Shown here piece after piece: positions 1 through 9,010 of a DNA stretch of 51,611 bases. Position 1 is the first letter of the stretch. Each line of letters opens with the position of its first letter. The notes under the pieces were generated by a model that ran no database searches, was not told the DNA's origin, and worked only from the letters and a program-made list of their open reading frames with translations. The stretch comes from Deltaproteobacteria bacterium (lineage in GTDB: Bacteria > CG2-30-53-67). Both the position numbers and the translations under genes were made by a program. The stretch spans positions 1 to 51,611 of the forward strand of contig JAADIO010000061.1 in assembly GCA_013151235.1 (NCBI GenBank), in the 5' to 3' direction.

Positions 1-222
1 CATGGTCTTGACGCCCCAAGCGCCAAGATAAAAGAAATTCGCCATGAGATAGAAGTCATTGCCCGTAAACGACAGAAGAATGAAAGTAATATTCCCTTAT
101 CCACGATAAGATCGCTAAATGGCAAGATACATTTCATATCTCAGCTCAATCGGGGTGCCGGGAAATCCCTCCGCAAACGCCTTACAGCCCTCCCATCAGC
201 CGGAGAAATGCCTCAAAATTAA
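1..222 (+). CDS. 3' end of a gene running in from the left edge; C-terminus resembles the thumb region of a retron-type reverse transcriptase
   Basis: Frame 1 is open from base 1 to TAA at 220-222: HGLDAPSAKIKEIRHEIEVIARKRQKNESNIPLSTIRSLNGKIHFISQLNRGAGKSLRKRLTALPSAGEMPQN*. The pattern 'P..K.KEIR..I ... L.GKI.FI..LN...GK.L' matches what follows the VTG motif in retron RTs. The catalytic YADD region is outside the window. Confidence 0.5.
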   Translation, partial: HGLDAPSAKIKEIRHEIEVIARKRQKNESNIPLSTIRSLNGKIHFISQLNRGAGKSLRKRLTALPSAGEMPQN

Positions 223-287
223 GGCATCATTTTCCCGGGTTTCTCCTACCAAAACCCGGTTCCGACTACACAGAAGCCCATATCCAC

Positions 288-360
288 GGCACACGATTTT
301 GGCACACACAGAGGGTGCGAGAAATTTTTATGGCTGTTTTCAATGACTTACAGATATGGT
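288..360. mobile_element. Probable att junction (attL/attR) of an integrative element inserted at the tRNA-Leu 3' end
   Basis: GGCACAC direct repeats at 288-294 and 301-307 (arm-type-like) and an IHF-like site TTTCAATGACTTA at 338-350 lie next to the tRNA CCA end. Sequence to the left is visibly more AT-rich. Confidence 0.5.
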
Positions 361-448
361 TGGTGCCCGGGGCCGGAATCGAACCGGCACGGAGCCAAGC
401 TCCAAGGGATTTTAAGTCCCTTGTGTCTACCAGTTCCACCACCCGGGC
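361..448 (-). tRNA. tRNA-Leu (anticodon TAA)
   Basis: GCCCGGGTGGTGGAACTGGTAGACACAAGGGACTTAAAATCCC...GGTTCGATTCCGGCCCCGGGCACCA; long variable arm, encoded CCA. Confidence 0.97.
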
Positions 449-498
449 CGTTTGCAGGGATAAGAAATTACGCTTGAGGGATGCAACATGAACGGAGC

Positions 499-573
<75 letters not shown>

Positions 574-624
574 TGATAAATTAATCAAAGAACAGACTAA
601 CGCTGCTCTTTGAGTATTCATAAA

Positions 625-699
625 TGGAGCGGGAAACGGGATTTGAACCCGCGACCCTCGCCTTGGCAAGGCGATGCTCTACCACTGAGCTATTCCCGC
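625..699 (-). tRNA. tRNA-Gly (anticodon GCC)
   Basis: GCGGGAATAGCTCAGTGGTAGAGCATCGCCTTGCCAAGGCG...GGTTCAAATCCCGTTTCCCGCTCCA; first gene of a Gly-Cys-Leu operon. Confidence 0.97.
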
Positions 700-715
700 T
701 CATTCAGTTTTAAGA

Positions 716-744
716 AAATTAACAAGATTCATCAAGGTTGTCAA
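716..744 (-). promoter_or_regulatory. sigma70 promoter of the tRNA operon
   Basis: TTGACA-17 bp-TAATTT on the minus strand just upstream of tRNA-Gly. Confidence 0.7.
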
Positions 745-772
745 ACAAAAAATGAGAAAAAACCCTTTTTTA

Positions 773-801
773 TTGACATCTTACCCCCCGGCCGTTATAT
801 T
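773..801 (+). promoter_or_regulatory. sigma70 promoter of hisS-aspS
   Basis: TTGACA-17 bp-TATATT, followed by RBS GGGAG and GTG start at 829. Confidence 0.75.
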
Positions 802-828
802 GTGTGGATTTTACAGGGAGAACTCTGC

Positions 829-2094
829 GTGGAATTCAACGCAATCAGGGGAGTAAAAGATATCCTCCCCGAAGAAATCGATAAATGGCAAGCGGTCGAA
901 TCCTCTGCCCGTGAGACGCTGGAGAATCACGGCTACCGGGAGATCCGGATCCCCGTCTTTGAAGCAACGGAACTCTTCGCACGGAGTATCGGCCAAGGCA
1001 CGGATATCGTCGAGAAAGAAATGTACACCTTTGCGGACAGCAGAGGGGGCAAGATCTCCCTGCGGCCGGAAGGAACGGCCGGCGTGGTCCGCGCAGCAAT
1101 CGAGCATCACCTTCTCACGCCTTCTGCGGTCAACAAGCTTTACTATATCGGCCCCATGTTCCGTCACGAACGGCCCCAGAAGGGAAGATACCGCCAATTC
1201 TATCAGATCGGCGCCGAACTGTTGGGGGTTGACGATCCCAGAGTCGACGCGGAGGTCCTCTCCATGCTCCACCTGCTGTTGCAGCGTCTCGGCATCAACG
1301 GAATTCAACTGGAGCTCAATTCCCTCGGCTGCAAATCATGCCGTCCCTCATACCGGACGGCCCTGCAGGATTTCCTGCGGGCTGCCGGGGACGCTCTCTG
1401 CACGGACTGCATACGACGGACCGATCTCAATCCCCTTCGGGTCCTCGACTGCAAGAATCCCCATTGCAGGGAGGCGATCAAGGACGCTCCGTCGGTGCTT
1501 TCTTCTCTATGCAGCGACTGCATGGACCATTTTGAAACGGTGAAAAATACCTTGGACGATCTTGCCATCACCTATGTAATCAATGAACGGCTGGTCCGGG
1601 GGCTCGACTATTATACCCGGACCACCTTCGAGTTCACCACGACTCAGCTCGGTGCACAAAATGCCGTGGCGGCCGGCGGCCGTTACGACGGGCTGGTGGA
1701 AGAGTTGGGGGGACCTCCCACGCCGGGGATCGGTTTCGCCCTCGGTATGGAACGGCTCATTGCCCTGCTGCCGGAAGGTACGGGCCGCAGCGATCGTCAC
1801 GTCCTCTATCTCGCCCCCCTGGGTGATGCGGCCGTCGTCCGGGCGCCGCGGCTGATGCACCAGCTCCGAAGCCGGGGGATTTCTGCGGAAACGGATTACC
1901 GGGGGAAGAGTCTCAAAAGTCAGATGAAGAGAGCGGACAGGCTGCATGCCTGCTATGTGGGCATCCTCGGAGAGGATGAATTGAGCGAGGGGGTCGTCCT
2001 CCTACGCAACATGGCAAACAAGGAACAACGAAAGGTCCCTCTGGACCAATTTGTCGAAGTTATTACCTCAACGTTGTCACGGGATCATTCATGA
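829..2094 (+). CDS. hisS: Histidine--tRNA ligase
   Basis: LRPEGTAG, FRHERPQKGRYRQFYQ, LVRGLDYY and GGRYDGL motifs. Start moved to GTG 829 because the longer ORF overlaps tRNA-Gly. Confidence 0.97.
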   Translation: MEFNAIRGVKDILPEEIDKWQAVESSARETLENHGYREIRIPVFEATELFARSIGQGTDIVEKEMYTFADSRGGKISLRPEGTAGVVRAAIEHHLLTPSAVNKLYYIGPMFRHERPQKGRYRQFYQIGAELLGVDDPRVDAEVLSMLHLLLQRLGINGIQLELNSLGCKSCRPSYRTALQDFLRAAGDALCTDCIRRTDLNPLRVLDCKNPHCREAIKDAPSVLSSLCSDCMDHFETVKNTLDDLAITYVINERLVRGLDYYTRTTFEFTTTQLGAQNAVAAGGRYDGLVEELGGPPTPGIGFALGMERLIALLPEGTGRSDRHVLYLAPLGDAAVVRAPRLMHQLRSRGISAETDYRGKSLKSQMKRADRLHACYVGILGEDELSEGVVLLRNMANKEQRKVPLDQFVEVITSTLSRDHS

Positions 2095-3866
2095 AAACCA
2101 TCAAACGGAACAGATATTGTGGAGAACTCGGGGCCGGTGATGCAGGGACGACGGTCGTCCTCGCCGGCTGGGTACAGAAACGGAGAGACCACGGGGGATT
2201 GATCTTCATCGATCTCCGGGACCGGTCGGGCATTGCCCAAATCGTCTTCAGCCCGGACGTTTCCCGGGATAGCCACGAATTGGCCCATGATCTTCGAAGT
2301 GAATATGTCATAGTCGTGCGGGGCGAGGTCCGGAGGCGCCCGGAGGAGATGATCAATCCCAAGCTTGAGACAGGCCGGATCGAGGTCTATGTCGATCATC
2401 TCGAGATCCTCAACAAGAGCAAGACCCCTCCCTTCATGATCGAGGACGACATCGACGTTTCCGAGAGCCTCCGTCTGAAGTACCGTTACCTCGACCTGCG
2501 CCGCAAGCAGATGCAGAAGGCCGTGAAACTGCGCCACCACATCTCACGGATCACGCGGGAGTTTCTGAATCAGAAGGGGTTCCTGGAGATCGAGACCCCG
2601 ATCCTGACCAAGTCTACGCCCGAAGGGGCGCGGGATTACCTTGTCCCCAGCCGGGTCTCGCCCGGGCATTTTTATGCGCTGCCCCAATCGCCTCAACTCT
2701 TCAAACAGCTCCTGATGATGTCCGGTTTCGAGCGTTACTACCAGATCGTCCGGTGTTTCCGGGACGAGGACCTCCGGGCCGACCGGCAGCCGGAATTCAC
2801 CCAGATAGACATGGAACTCTCCTTCATTGATGAAGAAGACATATTCACCATCGTGGAGGAGATGATCGCCCGGATCTTCCGGAAGACGAGGGGAATCGAG
2901 GTGAAGACACCCTTCCTGCGTATGCCCTACGCCGAGGCCCGGGACCGTTTCGGACTCGACAAGCCGGATACCCGCTTCGGACTGGAATTGAAAGATATAT
3001 CCGGCCTGGCGGAAGAGTCCGGGTTCAAGGTCTTCACGGGGGCCGTGGCCTCCGGCGGGACGGTGCGGGGGATCCGCCTCCCCGGCTGCGCCTCCTATTC
3101 CCGGAAGGATCTCGACAACCTGACGGAATATGTCAAGATCTTCGGGGCGAAGGGGCTCGCCTGGCTGAAGGTCGCAGAAGGCAACAGGATCGAATCTCCC
3201 ATCGCAAAGTTCTTCTCTCCGGAGCTACTCGGTTCGATCCGGGAACGGCTCGGCGGAACTCCCGGCGACCTGCTCGCCTTCGTGGCGGACTCCCCGGAGG
3301 TCGCTTTCGAGGCCCTCGGCAACCTTCGCAACGAAATGGGGAGGCGCCTGGGGCTGATCGACAAGACCTTGCACGATTTTCTCTGGATCACCGACTTCCC
3401 GCTCCTTGAATGGGATGCGCAGGAGAAACGTTACGTCGCGCTCCACCATCCTTTCACCGCCCCGCGGGAGGAGGATCTTACGCTGATGAAGTCCGATCCG
3501 GGGAAGGTCCGTGCCAGGGCCTACGACCTGGTTTTAAACGGGTCGGAGATAGGCGGCGGCAGTATCCGTATCCATCGCCAGGAGGTTCAGGAGGAGATGT
3601 TCGACGCCCTGGGGATAGACCGTGAAGAGGCGAAGGATCGCTTCGGGTTCCTCCTGGAGGCCCTTGAATACGGTGCGCCGCCCCACGGCGGGATCGCCTT
3701 CGGTCTCGACCGTATTACCATGATTTTAAGCGGCGCCTCATCCATTCGGGAGGTCATTCCTTTCCCGAAGACCCAGAAGGCAGCCTGCCTGATGACCGAG
3801 GCACCGTCCCGGGTCGACAAAAAACAACTTGATGAGCTGATGATCCGGACGGAAATCGTAGAATAA
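2091..3866 (+). CDS. aspS: Aspartate--tRNA ligase
   Basis: RRDHGGLIFIDLRD, ALPQSPQLFKQLLM, FRDEDLRADRQPEFTQID, GAPPHGGIAFGLDR; ATGA overlap with hisS. Confidence 0.98.
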   Translation: MKTIKRNRYCGELGAGDAGTTVVLAGWVQKRRDHGGLIFIDLRDRSGIAQIVFSPDVSRDSHELAHDLRSEYVIVVRGEVRRRPEEMINPKLETGRIEVYVDHLEILNKSKTPPFMIEDDIDVSESLRLKYRYLDLRRKQMQKAVKLRHHISRITREFLNQKGFLEIETPILTKSTPEGARDYLVPSRVSPGHFYALPQSPQLFKQLLMMSGFERYYQIVRCFRDEDLRADRQPEFTQIDMELSFIDEEDIFTIVEEMIARIFRKTRGIEVKTPFLRMPYAEARDRFGLDKPDTRFGLELKDISGLAEESGFKVFTGAVASGGTVRGIRLPGCASYSRKDLDNLTEYVKIFGAKGLAWLKVAEGNRIESPIAKFFSPELLGSIRERLGGTPGDLLAFVADSPEVAFEALGNLRNEMGRRLGLIDKTLHDFLWITDFPLLEWDAQEKRYVALHHPFTAPREEDLTLMKSDPGKVRARAYDLVLNGSEIGGGSIRIHRQEVQEEMFDALGIDREEAKDRFGFLLEALEYGAPPHGGIAFGLDRITMILSGASSIREVIPFPKTQKAACLMTEAPSRVDKKQLDELMIRTEIVE

Positions 3867-3970
3867 ATTTTCTCCCCGCTTCTGCCGGGGGGGATGGAAA
3901 AGAATCCATTCGAAAAACATCTCCGCCCGGCATATCTTCCCAGTGGGCGGAATGAGGAGATCATATAGAT

Positions 3971-4810
3971 ATGTTGCAAAAAAATCCTGCACAACCTCCG
4001 GTCCTATGTAGGAGAAAAAATCTCCATGAGGCATCTGACAAAGGAAGAAGAAAGTCGGGAAAGTTCTTTTTTCACTCTCTGTTATGCCTCTGCTCTCTTG
4101 TCGTAATCATCTTCTTGACTTCCTGCGCGAGGATCCCTGTCCAGGAGATCCAGGACGCTCGAGACCTCTTCGAGGCGGCAAAGAGTTCCTGCGCCCGGGT
4201 CTACATGACGCAGGAGATGAAACAGGCGCAGTCAAGACTCGGTCAAATCGACCGGGGAACACGGAAGAAAACCCGCCTCCCCAAAAAGAAGCTGAGAAAG
4301 CTTGCCCTTGAGGTCCAGGATCTCTCCAAAAAGATGGTCAACGAAACGGCCCGCATTAAAACAAGACTCTATAAGAAAATCCAGCAGAATATCCTTCTCG
4401 CCATAAAGAACATTCACGAAGGAGAAAAGGCGGAGGCAAATCGCTACGCCCGGAAGGAATACAGAGAAGCGATTGCCGGTGTACGCAAGGCACGGAAGCT
4501 CTCCCAGGAGGAATGCCGCTATACTGAAGCACTGAAAGAGTCGGAATCCGCCCTGGAATATGCAAAAGAGAGCATTACCAAGGCCCGTGCTTTCAAGAAG
4601 GAATTAGAGAAGAAACTACCCCATTACCACATTGTACGGAAAGGGGAAACCCTGAAAAGTATCGCGAAGAGCGAACCGGTCTACGGAGATGAGTCTTTCT
4701 GGGAGATCATATACAAGGCTAACCGGGACCAGATCCGTAACCCCGACGTCCTCTATCCCGGCCAGCAGATTTATCTCCCTTCCAGGAAGGAATTCTCTCG
4801 CTCACATTAA
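3971..4810 (+). CDS. Putative lipoprotein with helical (DUF4398-like) repeats and a C-terminal LysM domain
   Basis: Hydrophobic stretch ending LTSC, alanine-rich helical repeats, and C-terminal YHIVRKGETLKSIA...WEIIYKANRDQIRNPDVLYPGQQIYLP (LysM). Start uncertain. Confidence 0.8.
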   Translation: MLQKNPAQPPVLCRRKNLHEASDKGRRKSGKFFFHSLLCLCSLVVIIFLTSCARIPVQEIQDARDLFEAAKSSCARVYMTQEMKQAQSRLGQIDRGTRKKTRLPKKKLRKLALEVQDLSKKMVNETARIKTRLYKKIQQNILLAIKNIHEGEKAEANRYARKEYREAIAGVRKARKLSQEECRYTEALKESESALEYAKESITKARAFKKELEKKLPHYHIVRKGETLKSIAKSEPVYGDESFWEIIYKANRDQIRNPDVLYPGQQIYLPSRKEFSRSH

Positions 4811-4831
4811 CCTTGTATCCGGCAGCTCCCA

Positions 4832-5104
4832 ATGGACCTGAAACTTATTATCACAGTCTTTGCCACCGTTTTCCTCGCCGAGGTCGCCGACAAGACGCAG
4901 ATCGCGACTTTTCTCTATGCCTCGGACAGCGGCAACTCCCGCCTGGCCGTCTGGATAGGTGCCGTAGCCGCTCTCACCCTGACCTCTACGATCGCTGTGT
5001 TTGCAGGTTACTATCTCTCTCATCAAATCAACGCAAAGATCATGACAAGAATCGCCGGTACAACCTTTATCATCGTGGGAGTCTGGACACTGCTGCGGGG
5101 GTGA
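4832..5104 (+). CDS. TMEM165/GDT1 (UPF0016) family membrane protein, single-repeat form
   Basis: FLAEVADKTQIAT resembles the ExGDKT motif; three hydrophobic helices in 90 aa. Confidence 0.85.
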   Translation: MDLKLIITVFATVFLAEVADKTQIATFLYASDSGNSRLAVWIGAVAALTLTSTIAVFAGYYLSHQINAKIMTRIAGTTFIIVGVWTLLRG

Positions 5105-5145
5105 GCAAAGGGGAGCTGGACGCCTGCCTCCTCACGCTAAAGCAT

Positions 5146-5200
5146 AAAAAATCCCCATCCTCTTTCCCTCTATACTATGCAGGAAAAAAGGATGGGGGAT
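5146..5200 (-). terminator. Intrinsic terminator between convergent genes
   Basis: ATCCCCATCC...GGATGGGGGAT stem with an A-run on the left (U-tract on the minus strand), just after the cytochrome stop. Confidence 0.55.
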
Positions 5201-5220
5201 GGGGTTTGTGTCGGCTTTCT

Positions 5221-7635
5221 CTATTTCCAGGAATCCGCTACAATTTTCTGCAGCTTATCGTAAGGATACTTCCGAACGAGATCCTTGACCGAAAGTTTCT
5301 GATCTCCTTGCCGCATGAAGTGCATCAGCGTCACTGACGCCCAGTAATCGTTATACACGGCCGACCCCTTCAACTGGACCGGGACACCCATCTTGTTGAC
5401 CGTATGACAGGCTGCACAGGTGACCGGTCCCGCATATTTCCCGTCCGGACTGAACTGGAGAGCCTGTTCATGACTGGTCCGGTCCACGGTCCGGTCCGGC
5501 CCTTCATAACGTGTTGGATAAAGACCGTGAATCGATTCATGGCAGGACTGGCACGCCATGTCTCCGTGGGCCTTGGAATACCGATAGAGGGCGTACTTGT
5601 TCGGTTGGTCGATCGGGAAGTATTGCCCTCCTTCACTCTCCACGAAAGGCGCCGCATGGCAGTTGGCACAGTGCGGCTCCGAGGCCGCCAGCCACCAATC
5701 CTTTCCACCGGAGGCTCCGTCGTAGGGAACGGGATTCCCTTTTTTTGCATTCCAAGCAGCAAGAACAAGCTTTCCTTTCGCATCTTTGGATGCACGCACC
5801 ATAGTCGCACCCTTATGGTCCAGGTAAAAGCTGGTTAAAGGATTAGATTTTGTACCCACTTTCGGGTCCGCATAATAATCTCTGAATTTCGCCTCATCCC
5901 CACCGGAGATCGTCTTTACAACCTCCTGAATAGGACGATTACGCAGGGTCTTCCCTTTCTGTGTAACAACATTTGTAAGATTGTCATACCGATAAAGGTC
6001 CTGCGTTAACTGGTTATGACAGTTGGTACAGGTCAGCCCCCGCATTTCGTTGATCTTTTCTCCGTTCTCGTCACGCAGACTGACATTTTCCAGATACCAC
6101 CGTCCAACGTTATTCAGGAAAAAGGGCGGCTTGACGTCGGGATTCGTGTGCGCATCCCGCCTCAGATAGCATCCGCCGCCGGCGATTCTCTGGTCGGCAC
6201 CGGTAAAGCGGGGGATCCCCACATCGTTGATGATCTGGAAGGGATTGCTGGAAAAATCATTCATCTCTTTCGGTTGCCAGTGGGTCGGGTGGCAAGCCTG
6301 ACAACTCTGTGTCCGACCGGCTTTGTCCCCCATCGGAATCACTTGCATGTGAGTGCCGTGTATCGCTTCGGTCAGCGGGATGGCCTGCACCGCTTTATAG
6401 CCGGTCACACCGGAACGCGGTTCATGCAGATTGCCGGAGATGTTGTCTCCATGGCAGTCGGCACAGTTGACCGGCCCGACCGAACCGAGTCGATGCGTTG
6501 AGGCATTCTTGTCATACTCCTTCAGAAACCCGGTTCCAAAATGCTTGTCATGCAGTTCCAGGATGTTGATCGCAGCCTGGGAAAATCGAGCCATGTACTC
6601 GGAGATGTCCGGATATGCGTGCGTCCGGTAAAAATACTCCTCGTCAAAATGAACCAGCCCTTCCTGCCGCGACATAATCGCCGCCCGGCCGTCACCGGAG
6701 TGGCAAGCATAGCAGTTCGGGATATCAACGGGGTTGGTCCCGATATATTGGATAACACGGCCTTTGTGCATGATCGGCTTTTTGTTGCCGTCCTGAAGCT
6801 GCACCACCGACACCTGGTAGGGCTGAAAGTTCTTGTTGGTGATGGTACGCATGGTCTTGGTCAGCCGACTGTCATTAAAAGCCGTCAGGGGAAGCCCCAG
6901 CGCATCCCAGACATAAGAGGATGTCAGTTTTAACGGCACGTTCCGAACCGCCGGAATCAGGGTGTCCGTGAGAACGACATTCCCCCCTTCGTCACCGGCA
7001 TAGTCGAGATAACCACCGGACAACGCCTTACCGCTCGGCCCGGCATCGACCGGAATCTGGATCTCTTTCCCGATGTGCAGACGCTTTTTGGGACTCCAAT
7101 CCTTGGGAACGGTCCCATCCAGGTCCCGGTAAATGAACAGGTGCGTCCAGACATAGTTAGCCATATTGTCACCGGCGTCATCCATCCGGCCATTCCCGTT
7201 CACATCCTTGGCCACCCCCCAGTACCGCATCTTGTTTCCTTCACTGTAGCTGTTGTCCTTGATATAGTAGTAAAGCTTCACATTGTCATCGGGGGAGAGA
7301 AGCTGGGGAAGTTTCCCGTTCTCCCCCGATTTGACCGCCTGGGCCTGGATGCTGTTATAGGGGGGAATGATACAGCAATAAGTCATATTGAACCCGACAC
7401 AGTGCATCCCTAATTCATAGTTGATGAAAATGTTGTACGGGTTTCGAGGATTGTAGGCCACAATCTTCCTCCCGAAAAATCCACCGGTCTTCAGCGTGGA
7501 AGGCTCTAAAAAATCAAGCCCGAAGGGAGGCTTCGTGTCATATCGGGCCTTGGCCAGGAGGGACGGAGTAAAAGAGAAAAGGATCGCTGCAAAAACAACG
7601 GTCATCCACACGCCCCGGTTTTGTAATTTTTTCAT
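5221..7635 (-). CDS. Large secreted multiheme cytochrome c (7 CxxCH)
   Basis: CYACH, CADCH, CQACH, CTNCH, CANCH, CQSCH, CAACH; Sec-type signal peptide; N-terminal ELGMHC...YCCIIPPYN domain; RBS AAGGAGG before ATG 7635. Confidence 0.9.
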   Translation of the reverse strand: MKKLQNRGVWMTVVFAAILFSFTPSLLAKARYDTKPPFGLDFLEPSTLKTGGFFGRKIVAYNPRNPYNIFINYELGMHCVGFNMTYCCIIPPYNSIQAQAVKSGENGKLPQLLSPDDNVKLYYYIKDNSYSEGNKMRYWGVAKDVNGNGRMDDAGDNMANYVWTHLFIYRDLDGTVPKDWSPKKRLHIGKEIQIPVDAGPSGKALSGGYLDYAGDEGGNVVLTDTLIPAVRNVPLKLTSSYVWDALGLPLTAFNDSRLTKTMRTITNKNFQPYQVSVVQLQDGNKKPIMHKGRVIQYIGTNPVDIPNCYACHSGDGRAAIMSRQEGLVHFDEEYFYRTHAYPDISEYMARFSQAAINILELHDKHFGTGFLKEYDKNASTHRLGSVGPVNCADCHGDNISGNLHEPRSGVTGYKAVQAIPLTEAIHGTHMQVIPMGDKAGRTQSCQACHPTHWQPKEMNDFSSNPFQIINDVGIPRFTGADQRIAGGGCYLRRDAHTNPDVKPPFFLNNVGRWYLENVSLRDENGEKINEMRGLTCTNCHNQLTQDLYRYDNLTNVVTQKGKTLRNRPIQEVVKTISGGDEAKFRDYYADPKVGTKSNPLTSFYLDHKGATMVRASKDAKGKLVLAAWNAKKGNPVPYDGASGGKDWWLAASEPHCANCHAAPFVESEGGQYFPIDQPNKYALYRYSKAHGDMACQSCHESIHGLYPTRYEGPDRTVDRTSHEQALQFSPDGKYAGPVTCAACHTVNKMGVPVQLKGSAVYNDYWASVTLMHFMRQGDQKLSVKDLVRKYPYDKLQKIVADSWK

Positions 7636-7655
7636 AGACCCCGCCTCCTTCATGG

Positions 7656-8549
7656 TTAAAAGTCATACTTCATATTCATATAAAGACCGGTATTCACATT
7701 CCGGTTCACAATATTGCCGAAATTAACCACGGCCCCCGTGATCGAGAGTCCCTTGGTCGGGAAATAGGCGATAAAAAAATCGGTCCAGTTATCTTCCTGG
7801 AAGGAACCGATACCGGCAACGCTCTTGTACTCGTTCGGTTTGCCCCGGAACTCCACGCCGACCGCTACATTTGATTCCGGGAGAACAGCCAGGGAGGCTT
7901 CCGGCTCAAAATTCCCGTTCTTGCTGAAGCCGAGATAGCCGGTCTGCGCAGCCTTGGTGTACCGGCCGCTCAGGTTGATCAGTACCGGCATTTTCCACCC
8001 TTTATAGAGCTTGGTCACCGAAAGACAATAATCCAGACCCGAATCATCATCCATACCGGTGGAAGTAAACGCCCCTCCACCGTTCTTGTCCGCGTGGGCT
8101 ATATCCTGGTTCTTTTTATACTCGATGGAAACCGATACCGCGGGAAGAGTATCCGTTTCTTTTAACAGCAAGACTTTAGCATGATAAGTGTCAATCGTCA
8201 ACTCGTCAATGCCGATATTCAGACCGTTCCCGCCCAGGATATTGGTCGTATCGAAAACCGTGCGTGCAAAGCCAAGTTCCAGGCGGTCGCTGATGGTCTC
8301 GTTGAAGTGATATACATTCACATTGAAATTCTGAGGGAAGATGTAGGTCGATCCCACGGACGGATTCCCGAAAAGTTGCCCATCTGCGGGGGGATTCGTC
8401 AGATAGGCCCAGGGAACGAGCCCTCCCCCGCCTTCCCCTTCAATATTGACCACAGGAGGACCTGCGATTGCGGACCTCGTAACCAGGAAGATAAAACTGA
8501 CCAAAAACATCGAAAAAACCGGCAAAGCGTGATAACATTTCTTCATCAT
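7656..8549 (-). CDS. DUF3034-family putative outer-membrane beta-barrel
   Basis: Signal peptide, EGEGGGGLVPWA signature, alternating beta-strand pattern, C-terminal YDF (aromatic terminal residue typical of outer-membrane proteins); RBS AGGAGG before ATG 8549. Confidence 0.75.
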   Translation of the reverse strand: MMKKCYHALPVFSMFLVSFIFLVTRSAIAGPPVVNIEGEGGGGLVPWAYLTNPPADGQLFGNPSVGSTYIFPQNFNVNVYHFNETISDRLELGFARTVFDTTNILGGNGLNIGIDELTIDTYHAKVLLLKETDTLPAVSVSIEYKKNQDIAHADKNGGGAFTSTGMDDDSGLDYCLSVTKLYKGWKMPVLINLSGRYTKAAQTGYLGFSKNGNFEPEASLAVLPESNVAVGVEFRGKPNEYKSVAGIGSFQEDNWTDFFIAYFPTKGLSITGAVVNFGNIVNRNVNTGLYMNMKYDF

Positions 8550-8818
8550 TCTGTACCTCCTAAATACATTAGCTTGCATCAAGTTTACGATCGATCGTCC
8601 CTTCCCTCCCTACCTCCTCCCCCCCTTCTGTGGAATTATCAAGCCTGACATTTTACCGGACAGACCCACCCGCACCGGCATATAAAAACGACAGCGGTTA
8701 CGCATTTTCCCATGGTCTGTTTTGTTGTGCCGGGGCGAGAATCGTCACCGGGTGCATTGTGCATGAGTACGCGAACCCATACTCACGCAGACCCGGTGTC
8801 AACGATAGGATATAACAA

Positions 8819-8834
8819 TGCAATCCCCGTGCCG
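8819..8834 (-). promoter_or_regulatory. sigma54 (-24/-12) promoter for the DUF3034-cytochrome operon
   Basis: CGGCACGGGGATTGCA matches YGGCACG-N4-TTGCW with exact GG-N10-GC spacing. Confidence 0.85.
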
Positions 8835-8873
8835 ACAAGCTGGAGACGGCGGATGACACGTCATTTTGGGAGA

Positions 8874-8886
8874 CAACCTATTGAAA
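8874..8886 (-). promoter_or_regulatory. IHF-binding site upstream of the sigma54 promoter
   Basis: TTTCAATAGGTTG (1 mismatch to WATCAANNNNTTR) in an AT-rich context about 40 bp upstream of the -24 box. Confidence 0.55.
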
Positions 8887-9010
8887 TAATTAAAAACAGA
8901 AAGATACTGGATGGGCAAATTCCCCGGCCGCCGCAACAAATACCGGGTGGACAATCGTGCAGCATGCCCTCCCACACAGTGCATAAATCGTGCGGGAAGT
9001 CGAAAAAGGA

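Noticed and set aside
610-828. N-terminal extension of hisS in the ORF track, and ORF 266-559
   Set aside because: Both overlap tRNA genes or promoters. The RBS and promoter support the GTG start at 829.
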